Source: Botryllus schlosseri (Eukaryota). From it: 64,000 nucleotides of DNA. The stretch covers positions 10,914,001-10,978,000 of the forward strand of contig CM119371.1 of assembly GCA_051294905.1 (NCBI GenBank), written 5' to 3'. This document shows, piece by piece, positions 41,011-53,019 of this stretch (position 1 is the first letter of the stretch; every line of letters starts with the position of its first letter). The translations under genes were made by a program, and so were the position numbers. The notes under the pieces were generated by a model. The model had not been told where the DNA came from. It saw only the letters and a program-made list of their open reading frames with translations, and made no database searches.

Positions 41011-41357
41011 CAGTGGTTTCCGACGTGGGCAGTATCGAACTCCAGTGGGCGATTTTGAGAAACAAGAGGCGAAAAAAACAATGGGGTGATGGGGGAAGGG
41101 TGGGCGAAAATGTTAGAACGTCCAGTCAGATATAATTAATTTAGACGGTCAAAATGCACGTGAAGACGGCTTATTCTACATATGACGCGAAAAAAGGTCG
41201 ACCCAACTCTTCCTATACTCGGAAAAGCGTCGTTTTTTAGTCAATCCCCATTGAACAAACTAAGGTGATTTATTCTGGATCCGTGAATATGAGGGGCAAA
41301 AATTTGTGTCGAGCATGATAAGGGGGCGATGAGTCGAAAAAGGTTGGGAAACCAATG
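41011..41357. mobile_element. Degraded hAT MITE
   Basis: CAGTGGTTTCCGAC...GGTTGGGAAACCAATG; flanks gtctagat/ggcaagat. Confidence 0.6.
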
Positions 41358-41602
41358 GGCAAGATATTATTTTTTAAAGCATGCTTGAGCACCAAAATGA
41401 CTTCGCAGGCTTGGACTGAAGACATAACGTCACTATATTATTCGATTGAAATGTGGTGATTGGTCTCCCTTGCTGTGGTTGACTTTACTGCAAGCTGCTT
41501 TGGCTTTGACTTGCATTGGTGTGTGTATTAATGAATGGGCCCTATTCTGGTCTGAGTCCGATGTTTGATTGCTAGATTACATTCCAAAAACGACTAAACA
41601 GT

Positions 41603-41979
41603 TTACAGCAGAGAGTTGTGAAATAGACGTTCATTCGGATTTAGGTAAGGAATATTTTCCAACGTAGAGTTTGAGCATAAATTGAAACCGGAACACTCAA
41701 CGCGACGTTCAATTTTCCTCAGGATATTTGCATGGGAACTGTGGGTCGGTAGTTGTGAAAGTTCGTTAAACAACAATTTATCAGTGCAGGTAGAGCCGGA
41801 TAACACGAGAGCAATCAATTTGGGAGGTATTCTCGACAATTTATGCGGCGACCTCGATTCTAATCTGTCATCCGTCGAATACATTAAGTGAAAATAATTA
41901 TCACCGTTAAAATCAAAGCAATACATACGTTCGTTTCCCATTTTCGATGCCGCTGTACATTTGGACGCAAATGGTGATG
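41603..41979 (-). other. Candidate ectodomain exon (possibly degraded) upstream of the gene C TM exon
   Basis: Good acceptor tttttcag followed by about 125 open codons with several Cys (SPFASKCTAASKMGNERMYCF...); no convincing donor; domain not recognised. Confidence 0.25.
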
Positions 41980-42364
41980 CTGAAAAATATTCATTTATTA
42001 TTGACTGACAGAAACACTCATTGCATCTATATCGTGTGTATCATGCCCGGCAACCCTACGCTCGAAACAAAGCTCGGAAGAGCTAGTACGCGAGTTATGA
42101 CAGTCATATGCAGCAGGGATAAAATACTTTGGCATTTGGTAGATCGTACCTACTTGATTCTGATTTGTGTTATTACTGCTGGTCGATCACTACTTCACAG
42201 GAATGTCGACGAATGTCAGAATGAGTTGGATGTTCTGATATTACCAATCGACGATTTAATGCTTCCTCCGTGAAAGCATACACTTGTCGTTAATAAAATT
42301 ACTTTTAAAGACAAGGGGCGATTAATTTCGGTACTGAACTTTTTTACTCGAATCATTGCAATAA

Positions 42365-42646
42365 TTATTCGATTCGGCTCCATGTATTCATGCGAGTTGC
42401 AGGCTGCTCTCTGCGTGGCTTTGGACGGCTCACGACGTCGAGATTTTGATTGGAGTGTTCCAGCTCTTTAAAGCTTACGCTCGATAATAATTGTGACTCG
42501 TACGCCATGTATGATCTATCCTCGTTAAACGATGAATATGCATTCGATCTTGACGGTGTTAAAATGTTTGTACAACTGCCATTTCCAAGTTTTTATGCCG
42601 ATGGCTCAATATTGATTGCAAATTCATTCAGATGTTTGAGTGTATG
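42365..42646 (-). pseudogene. Possible degraded cytoplasmic-tail exon
   Basis: ctttcag| then 94 codons with one internal stop, containing NAYSSF and AYESQL, plus HEYMEP in a shifted frame at the end. Confidence 0.3.
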
Positions 42647-42754
42647 CTGAAAGGTGGATTGATGCTTTTGCGTACCCATATAAATTGATACTCATTGCTG
42701 TGATTGGTTGGTCACGTTCGATGCAGCCTTTACGCGGATGTAGTCTACCAAACC

Positions 42755-43242
42755 AGGCACAAGCAAATATTTTTGTAGCACTCAAATCCGTGGAAAGTTG
42801 CACTTATTTTTGACAAAAGTTGCACGAAAAAATTGCATATATGGATCAGTTCCTTAAATTTTTAGGGTATGGGATACTCGAATTGATCCGTATCCAAGGC
42901 ACTTTAGTAAAACACAGTGTTGGCGAGTTCAACAAAATCAATAGCGTGACAAAATTGACCCAGTGAAAATTTCGGCGGTCTAGCCTGAATGTACGTCAAT
43001 CAGAAAGGACCTCAAATTAAAACGACATTGAAATAAGCAAGCGATATATTAATAAACGTTTCCAGTAAAAAGTTACTTGCGTGGAAAATTGGAAAAACTT
43101 GCACGACAATTAGAAAAAAGTTAATATGCAATATAAGATTTCTTCAAAAACAGCTTAAAACACCATACTACATAACTTCTAAGTATTTAGGAAGCTGCCG
43201 GAACCTGTAGAAAAGTTGCAAAGGTTACAAAAACGTGCCCTA
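42755..43242. mobile_element. Non-autonomous TIR element with AAGTTGCA repeats (same family as 56855-57221)
   Basis: Reverse-complement match to 56855-57221 (gtatttaggaagctgccggaa / ttccggcagcttcctaaatac). Confidence 0.65.
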
Positions 43243-43378
43243 TTAAATACTCATCGTGCTTTTCCTCAACTCCCATTAAGTTAACGACTAGCAAAAAACC
43301 CACACTTCGAATAAACATATCGTGATATGTAAAATAATGTGTTCACTGTACAATGTTGAATGTACAGTGTACATACAC

Positions 43379-45173
43379 CAGTGACGTGCGGTGCGGTGAG
43401 CAGTGTCCCCCTTCCTCCTGCATCACACATACACAAAAAAAAAGTGCCTGATAAAGACCCACAGAGATTTGAATAACAACAACATCAAGAGAAAGCGGAT
43501 AGCCGAGACCAATTTCTTCGCACCCTGATGACTGTAGCAATTCTACAATACATATCACAATTTTTCCGTTAGTGATATATACAGTTATTTACTGCAGATT
43601 TCTCAACGCAAAGAATGAAAGGAGAAATACAAAAATATTTTATTCAAGGTTCTAATTTCAGTTTTATATTCTCTATTGTCATTTGCTAGTCAAACGCAAG
43701 ATTGAAATAGACACAGTATCAACAAAACTAAATATTGTCACTCACTAACATTAAACTTAAATGTTCGAAAACATCTTTCAGACTATTGAAAATCAAGGTT
43801 AGATTCATGATGCAGATTTGCTTGGAATATGATTTGCAAATATATAAGAGCTACAAGGTTAGCTGATTTAAGTGGCGTCCTGTTTGTTATCGCATTAGCC
43901 ATCTTCACACGACGGCTATCTAGGCTGCTCCTCGCTATCTGATCCGCGTATGTAGTGTATTACAAAGCCTAGAAATGGGCCGTGCTACAAGTCGGCTGAT
44001 GTTAGGGTTACATTAAAAAAGATCAATTTGAAACAAACATGTTTAAAACAAATCCCTAATTCAAAACATTTATTTTATTGTTTTTTGTGTTTTTTAAGCC
44101 ACGACACCACGAATTTTTAATTGTGACGTCATAGTGGATTGATATTGACGTTTGAAAATGTAGGGTAAAAATAGTTCCTTTGACGAAATATATGTACTAT
44201 TGCCGTTGTACCGACCATTTAGCGGGTTCCAACCATCCCATATCGATATACGTCGGCTAAATCGGATGGTAATTGTCCGTAGGCTCATACAACATGTTTT
44301 TTGTAAAGTATTTACACAATTATGGCATAATTTTACAACATGAAAAAAACACAACTTTTTTTTTAAAAAGCCTTTTTTTTAAATACTGCATAAAACATGT
44401 TTTAAACAAAGTGTTTGTTTTAAATGCAACCCTAGCTTATAAGGTATCATAACATGGAATATCGACCTGTTATAAATGACTATTGCAGTCGAAAACACCA
44501 TAAATGCCACAAACAACGACGACACAGGCTATGTAAGTATAGCTATCACATACCACCATTTACGGTAGCTAAGGATGAAAAATACATAACAGCTACATCA
44601 GTAAGTGAATGTATTCGTCTTGCATTGCGTACTGGGCGCAGCTATTATACAATTCAAACAAAACTATACTGCCGTTTTCCGAAATCGATAGCGCGTTTCA
44701 CTGCTGTGCTGCGATTGTCCGATTGATAGCGAATGGTGTGTGCGGATATACCTGAATATTGTTTCTCTGCGCTGTCATTTCATGTAATAAAGCCGAATTT
44801 CACTTTCCTTGGCGATTTTGACGGGGTTTCACTGCTTGACGATTGTCAGTATTAGGATTTTCGGAGTCGGTGCGATAATGGAATTTGATTGATATTATTA
44901 TGAATTCTGAGCTGTTATAATAAATTTAATTGTCGTAGGTGAGACACGACCCGCCGGTGCCTCACCTGTGCCTCACCTCTCCTTTCGCACTATATTTTAT
45001 AACAATAAATATGAAAATTGGTTATGTTGGATGAAAAATGTTCGAATTTAGTTATTCATGAGCATCGACGATTAATATGAATAAATCATTGAAGTCTTTC
45101 ACAATTTTCCTTTACTCATCATGACGACAGGTGAGGCACTGCCTACCTTGCCTCGCCCGACCGCACGTCACTG
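43379..45173. mobile_element. hAT non-autonomous element carrying a nested MITE
   Basis: CAGTGACGTGCGGT...ACCGCACGTCACTG; flanks acatacac/acatgcat. Confidence 0.75.
44003..44434. mobile_element. Nested MITE with TAGGGTT ends
   Basis: TAGGGTTACATTAAAA...TTTTAAATGCAACCCTA. Confidence 0.65.
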
Positions 45174-46661
45174 ACATGCATGTGCCGATGCACATCAATA
45201 TTGGAGATGTTGATTACTAAGGTCTCTTGCAACAGAACGGTTAGAAATCTTCCGGAATAATTTATCACGAAACCTTCTATTTTGGGTGGATTATTTCGGA
45301 ATATAACTCCTATTCACAGTTTACGATCATCAGGTTGGTTAATGCATAGGCCTACACTGGCATTCCATGAATCGGATATTCATCAACTAGTCATTGTCAT
45401 TTAGCAATGCTTAATCATCAAATAATTCATTGTTGAACTTTTGGTCTTCGCTTCAAGAATGCTCTTTAAGTGAGGTCAACAGAGGTTCAAAGTCCCGTGA
45501 TTTGTAGTGGTGTGATATGTCATATATCGGTTAAGTCATACCTTTTTAATAATCTTTTTTCTAGGAATTAATGCCAAGCATGGGCACATGGATGTACCGT
45601 TTCGTTTGTTTGACTGAAAAATCATTTGAGTAACTTAATGAATGTCGTTTTGAGTGACATATTGGCACGTTCTAACTAAAATGCGGAGTCTGACCAATAA
45701 CCCTAACCCTAATCTATACACTAACTCCAAGCTCAAATATTTGTGAATCGGCAATACGTCTGAATCAGCTTTCATTAATATTAAATTGATTTACCTCATC
45801 CTGACTCATTTGTCCCTCAGTCCCATTCGACCTTATATAGTAGGGACATTCAACTACTTTTAGTAAAGATCCAGATACAAAACTTTGATGCTATTTGAGA
45901 AATGCTGGAAATCTCATGAAATGTCATCAGAACGTTATCTTACAATTTTTTTATTGCTTTACCGTCTACTTGCGCAGACTAAAAAAGAGGTCTATAAACT
46001 TCTAAACATTTTCATTTGCCAATGAAATGAGCATTATCCGACTTCACAACTTCATTCCTTTCCGCTACTCTAATGAAAGTCAATAAAATTATATCGACCA
46101 AACCTGGAATGGATTTAATCTCTCAGATGCTGGGCGCCATGTTTTCAAGAAAGCCGTCATTGTTACTTATCACTTAGTTTAGGCTCCAAAGCACTCTAAT
46201 TTTGCGCGGGCCTGTATTTTTTAGTGGTTTCATACTAACCGATTCGGACTGCTAGTTGCAGTGTTCCATCCACCTGTTAAAACCGACCGTAACTGTCCTA
46301 TACAACTCTTGAAATACCAATTGGTATTCAGTAACTACTTGAACCATTTTTTCAGAGTATTCAAGTAGTTTTTTCTGGTAGCTCTTTATACCTGAACTAT
46401 TTAAACCGGCACTGCGATCTTAATTATCGTTCCAATCGTGATAAAAAAACTTTTAGCACAATATAATTTTAGCTGGGGTTACCAAACGTCACCCATTTTC
46501 AAGAAATAAAAATGTCTTCCGAGGAGGAAGGAAAGGAAAAGAAAGAACATAGTTTATTTTTGTCCTTGGTGTTTTTGCGGCATATACACCTAGATATCCT
46601 CCTTTTTGAAAATTCGTACTTTTTTATTGCTTTGACAGCCAGGCTTATGGACAGTGTACAG

Positions 46662-47530
46662 CAGTGGTCGGGAACGTATGGCTCGTGAGCCATATATGGC
46701 TTTTTCACATATTTTTAATTTTGTACCTAATTTAATCGATATTGGAGCAACTTGTTAGTAAACGGCTAGAAGAATTATACTCGTGGAAGCGTAAACATGT
46801 ATCTGCGAGGTCAATAGCGTATCCAGGGTTAAGGGCTTGGACCCCTTTACAAAATTCTCAAATTTAAGTTGATGTGGCGCCAGCGACCAATATCCCTCGC
46901 GAATCCGATGTACCCGGCATCGCGCGCTGCGCAATCTTGGATTGAACCATACGTTGGTTGATCAAAGAGAATAGCAGACATGGGGACACGTATATGACAA
47001 TATAACTTTCAAATACACATTGTCTTCCTGATCTACCCCGAGAAATGAACTGCCTTGGTAATTACATTCCAATTACAAATCCAAATTACAAGCAACCACG
47101 CTATCCACGTTCGTCATGATAAGTAACTTTCTAGTACTGCCATTAAAATGTATAGGCGTGTAGTGCAACGTTTATGTTACCGCCGAATTGAGACGTCGAT
47201 CAATATTTAGATTTTCGGAATCAGTGCTAGAGTTATATTAGATTAATATCAAATATTATAAATGATGAGCTATTTACGATGAATTGCGCTACAACAGGAT
47301 GATTAGTAGCCTACCATTTTTTACAGAGAAAATATGGCGCCCACAATTAATCCCATGTAGTAAGTTGGAAGTTGTTTGTATAGCTCAGTGGTTGGAATTC
47401 GTACTACCATGACGTAATGAATTTTAGATTGTGACGTAAGAATTCGTTGAAATATATGGCTCTGTTGCAGTTAAAAGGGAAAATATAGGTTTGACATGGC
47501 TCTTCAGACTAAAAAGGTTCTCGACCACTG
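46662..47530. mobile_element. hAT MITE family A, copy 2 (opposite orientation)
   Basis: CAGTGGTCGGGAAC...GGTTCTCGACCACTG; reverse-complement colinear with 5814-6691; TSD not preserved. Confidence 0.8.
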
Positions 47531-48012
47531 CTGTCACCACCACCACTATCACGCCATAAATGAAGCGAAATCTGCAATGCGGATATTTGGACGGGTCTTT
47601 TGGGAGCAGGTCTGGAAAAATTACGTACACATAAATATCACGAATTCGAACTGTCCTTGCTCATTTCGCTTCAGTGGCGAAATGCAGCTTTTAATTGTTA
47701 AAGCAATGACATTTGATTGACTACTATAATTTTGGGGTGCCTCGACCCAATCGATTGTTTGAAACTACTTACTTGTGTACTTTTAATATCTTCATTTTCC
47801 ACTTCAACTTCATGGAGTTTGGACGTGACATGGAACAATAAATTACCTGGTATAGACATTAGGAGCAGTAAATTCATCAGGTACTGTCTTATACAGGACC
47901 ACTATTAATATTTATTATTGAGGTACAGTTACATCACAGCTTCGGTATTCCAGTACTGATAGCTGGCATGATGCTGCGAATACTGTGTGATCTCACCAAG
48001 GTCATTATATGC

Positions 48013-49338
48013 CAGTGGTCGGGAACCTTTTTTGACCGAAGAGCCATATTGGCCTAATATTTTCAATGGTAACTCCCAAAGAGCCATACATGTCAATCAA
48101 CTGTTACGTCACAATGTAACCTCCGTGAGGTATTGGTAGCACTAATATATGGGATTCGTAGTGTACGCCATATTTTTCTGCCCACATGAGTATAGGTGGA
48201 GCCAACACATCATCATCATCATCATCATTGGTTTATTAGCAATTTTATCAGTTCAATACACCACAAAAATGCGATACAATGAAAAGAAAGGAAGATGTCG
48301 AAGCGACTAGGAGTTGTCTATGGAATCGGACACCCACCTTGGCCTAGGCGATGTAAAGAGGAGGCATGCACACTGAATGAAAGTAAAGAAGATCGTATAG
48401 AAAAAGGAAGCGACAAGAAAGAGGGCGGCATGTCAGGGGAAGCGAGATCGATAGGTCAGTCGTGGTCCGGTAATCTTGAGGATGGACTGTATTTATTTAG
48501 TAGTAATTGCTTGTATTTCGACTTGAATGTGGACATCCTCGTCGACTGCTTGATGTCCGCCGGATACTGTTCCACACATCAGGTCCGGCATATTTGATAG
48601 AGCGATGATCTTTTCGGTCATTCATATGATATTTGGACGACGTGGACGCGCGTGTGTTGTACTTGTGCGCTTTTGATTCAGAGGTAAAGAAGTCATTGAA
48701 GTATTCGGGGCAACAACCGCAGTGAAACTGATACATAAACTTGGCGATTTTTAATTTCCGCATGGTGTCGCTGATTCTGAAAATCCGAGTATTGATCGAC
48801 TTCTAAAATATTCGGCGTAACGCAATGTTGCGTTACCTACCTACATTTTTACGGCGGTGATAGAAAGCCACTAACTAATCAAGAAAATGGATAGCTATGG
48901 CGTAGTTTTTAATTTAAATTTATAATTGTGGGTGTCACTTTCAATACATTTTATTTATCGGCGTAGATAAGGAAGACAATGTGTATTTGAAAACTGCATA
49001 GTCCTACAAGTGTCGCCATGACTGCTATCCTCTTTCGTTAATCAAGGTGTCGCGCAATCCAAGATTTCTAGGCGCGCGATGGCGGTTAGGTCGAATTCGC
49101 GAGTGGGAATTGAATAGAGGGTGGTACGAGCCCCTAACCCTGTATACCCCGCTGTTTTGACCTCTAAAAGACATGTTATGCTGCAACGAGAATGATTATT
49201 CTCGCTGTCATGGTCATTTACCAACGAGTTGCTGGAATATTGATAAATTTAATACAAAATTGGAAATTTCTCCAAGAGCCATATCTTATACCCAAAAGAG
49301 CCATATATGGCTCGCGAGCCATAGGTTCCCGACCACTG
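48013..49338. mobile_element. hAT MITE family A, copy 3, interrupted by a LINE fragment
   Basis: Same TIRs as 5814-6691; perfect TSD ttatatgc. Confidence 0.88.
48208..48765 (-). mobile_element. 3' end of a CR1/L2-group LINE nested in MITE A3
   Basis: KLKIAKFMYQFH...PEYFNDFF...HKYNTRAS...RSIKYAGPDVWNSI, typical ORF2 C-terminus; ends in AATAAA plus an (ATG)n tail on the minus strand. Confidence 0.82.
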
Positions 49339-49348
49339 TTATATGCGA

Positions 49349-51201
49349 TGCTTGCGATTTCGCATGTTTTTTTCTATCCTTTATTTGATAACGGTTTTAC
49401 AGGAATCAGTTCGTCTTTCAACTGTCCTTGTTTGTATTTCGTGTTTCTACTAATTGATTTGTACGGTTTTTAGTGATTTTGATTGTTTGATTACTCTTTA
49501 ATTTTCTTTTCGCTAGTGTATAAATTCGATTTGGGCTGCTTGATTCTATTTGAATACAAGATTGATACGCAAGGTTAGCGAGTCCAAGAGCAGATTCAGC
49601 GAAGCAGACAGAGTTCGACGCCTGCTAAATCGGCACTAATTGACAACGGAGTGTCGCATCGAAACAGATAATTTAAAACAGTAATCAAATCACTATAATC
49701 GTACAAATACAATTAGTTGTTCTCCGATGGTCAAGGAATTTCCGAGGAGTGACGACCCTTGAGACATTGGTTACCGATCACTTGGGTAAAATGTTCGCGC
49801 TGGAGCCGCATTCGATTCTCCGTCACACCAACGTTCTCAACACTGGTAGAGCTGCCGGACGCCACCTTACTATTCAAGGTGGTTTATTCTCGTCACTAGC
49901 AGATTTGCTGGACGCCTCTGTACGATTGAATGTGATTTATTCTTATCACTAGTATAGATTTGCTGAACGCATCTCCGCCATTTAATGTGATTGGTTCTCG
50001 CCAGTAGGGTTGCTGAATGCTGCTTTACCATTCAAAGTGAATTATGGAACGTTCGTGTTATCGGAGGTTATAGCTTCTAATGCGACCGATATTTGCCATT
50101 TAACTCTGCCCTTGTGTATCGACAACATGACTCGGCATTTCTGACCACTTTAGAGCTGCTGGAAGCCTCTCTACCATTTAAAAGCGATTTATTCAAATCA
50201 CTTTTAGAGTTGCTGGATGCCTCTGTACGATTGAAGGTGATTTATTCTTGTAACTAGTACAGATTTGCTGAACGCCTCTCTCCCATTTTAAGGTGATTTG
50301 TTCTCGCTAGTAGGGTTGCTGAACGCCGCTTCACCATTCAAAGTGCTTTTTCGAACGTCCGTGGGATCTAATACGAGGGACATTTCGTCATTTATTTTTG
50401 TTTTCAAGTATCGAAATTAGGACTCTGGCATTAGTCGGGATGGAATCGCCCGTACGCCGTTAGACCAAATTTCTCTGACCGAGTTGCGAGTTGCTTATCT
50501 TGATGACTTCCATCGAACTATTCTTGTTTCGAAATTGACTGAACGTGATATGCAGACTTAATTATCATTTCTTCCCTTTTACTCTAAAACCCATGGTTCT
50601 CGGAAGATTTTACACGACCACGCAGGAACGTTTTGATTCCGAATTAATGTGGTCGAAGATTAGATTGATGTATGCTTTCCGAGTATTGACTGGTCAACTT
50701 GTACATTTAGTACATTGGTGCAATTCTGTTGACTGGGTTCAGTCAAATGGGGGAGTGTTTGCGATTTCGCATGTTTTTTTTTCTATCCTTTATTTGATAA
50801 CGTTTTTAGAGGAATCAGCTCGTCTTTCAACTGTCCATATTTGTATTTCGTGTTTGTACTAATTGTATTTGTGCGATTATAGTGATTTGATTACTGTTTT
50901 AAATTATCTGTTTTCGCTTGTATAAATTGCCCGCGCTACCGTTGTCACGGCCTCCATACCATCGAGCAACGGACGAGCGAGCACTATTGCAAATCACCAC
51001 TCGCTTGTATTAACATCTTAGTATTTTCGAAGCAATTCCGAAGTTCATATTGTTTAATCTTCGGTTTGGGTTGCTTGATTCTATTTGAATACAAGATTGA
51101 TACGCAAGGTTAGCGAGTCCAAGAGCAGATTCAGCGAAGCAGACAGGGTTCGACGCCTGCTAAATCGGCACTAATTGACAACGGAGTGTCGCGTCGAAAC
51201 A
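49349..51201 (+). mobile_element. Small non-autonomous LTR element (possibly BEL/Pao-derived)
   Basis: LTRs 49349-49666 and 50756-51201 (TG...AAACA); polypurine tract GGGGGAG immediately before the 3' LTR; perfect 5-bp TSD tgcga; no intact ORF inside. Confidence 0.85.
49850..50365. repeat. Degenerate ~50-55 bp tandem repeats in two blocks inside the LTR element
   Basis: Recurring ttgctgRacgcctct...attNaaNgtgattt units at ~49850-50060 and ~50150-50365. Confidence 0.75.
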
Positions 51202-53019
51202 TGCGATAACCATAGCAGAAAATCATCACTTACGCGGCATGATAGTTATTCAAGTTTCAATATATTTGACAACGATATATGCAATATTGAAGATTGGCTG
51301 GCTGGCTCGATTTCAACCGACCGACTTCTTGTGTGGCATTCGATATCATGCCAGAGTAGAAAATCGAGTTGCAAATTACTTGCAGTCGTAAATGAGCAAA
51401 CCATCATGACTCGAACTCGGTCACGAGTCTTCACACTGAGTCAGACTCGGCCATTAGCACAGTGACTTGAAGTCGGACTTGACTCTTTTGTGTGTTGAAA
51501 GCAACTCGACTTCACTTGAATCAAAACCACATAAGTATAGTTGACTTGTGACTCAGAACCGTGTAACATACTTTCCAGTCATCTCTGATCTAAATACTTA
51601 GGCCTTCTTAGCACAACAATTCGGAAAGGTTGCTGGCAATTTTGGCTAACAGCCTTCAATATCCAACCGTGAGTGACTTCGACTTTGAATACTTTTTGAA
51701 AATCTTTCCATCCGACACAGCAACGTGAAGAAAATGGACTAACTATATGTCAAAATCCTATCAGAGACAACAAAAAATAGTTTTTATGCTAAACGCACTA
51801 ATATTAGTGCTGTCATTCCCAAATTTCAATAATGTCTGCCTAATTACTATCGAAAAATCCTACTTTCTGCTTCGACGATTATCTACTTCCTTGTAAATCA
51901 CGGTGTTGAGTACTCGGCTATTGTTCCCGAAATGAATATTTTAATTGGTCTTTCAGTGACCTCCTATAAGACTGGTCTGCGGACCGTCAAGACGTTCATG
52001 GACTCCAGTTGAAATAACACAACCACTCAACTACCATACACAACGTAACTCATCCACATATTAATTGAAGTGTGTATTTTCTACGGCAGGGGTCACCAAC
52101 CTTTTTGCACCCGAGAGCTACTTTTTGATACTGATTGATGCAACGGGCACCATTTACTCCCGCCGTTTACCCTCCTGAATTTCCACTTCGATATCCATAG
52201 GGCAGTAATCACATTGCAGTAAGACTTCTTTCCAAGACAGTCTTGTAAAATCAAAACATCTCATTTCAACTAGCTCTTCACTGGCATTTATTAAGAAATT
52301 ATGAATTACTTAGCACCATAGCACCTATTTGTATAAATAATGCAACAGTCAACTCAAATCAAGTCAACTTTGGACTGGACAGTGGACATCTTGTTATCTC
52401 TATTTATATCAGTCAGTGGGAAGGCTGGCATTGCATGTTATCAGCTATTGCGCTGTACTCTGGTATGTAACTTGAAACTGCTACTCTGAGTGAGTCTTCC
52501 AGATGTGCATCAGTGAGGCGTGTTCTGTGCTTGTTTTTGATAAAGTTCATGTCCGAGAAGGCTGATTCACAACGATAAGTTGAACCAAACATGCTTGCAA
52601 CCTTCATAGCTGCTGCGCATACACCACTGTACTTTTCCGTGTCAACAAGGCACCAAAAGTTTGCTGCAGCCTAGTGGGCTTTGAGGTGGACGTCACTTTG
52701 CAGTGTAACAATTTCAATCTCTAACTGTTCAGCATCCATGCTCAATGTTGCACTTAACTGCTCAGCGATGTATGATATGTCCACGTTCATGAAAGGATTA
52801 GAAAGGAACGACACACATGGCTCAAGCTGATACAGGTCAGAAAACCTGTTCTCAAACTCTTGACCAAGTCTATTTATGGTCTGACAGTACTTTCCTGCAA
52901 CTTTGTCAAAAGCCCCCGATGCAGAAGCATTGTCTTTCAGCACTATCTGCAAAGATGGAAAGTGCAGCACTTTTTTCTTCTGTATATGCACTGAGAAAAG
53001 GCTCAACTTAGCTTTGAAT

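Noticed and set aside
47773..47846. Small minus-strand exon candidate (GNLLFHVTSKLHEVEVENEDIKSTQ|gtaagt)
   Set aside because: Plausible splice sites, but no way to attach it confidently to a gene model.
49850..50365. Repeat-spacer (CRISPR-like) array or coding repeat
   Set aside because: Units are degenerate along their whole length with no unique spacers, there are no cas genes, the context is eukaryotic, and all frames contain stops or shifts.
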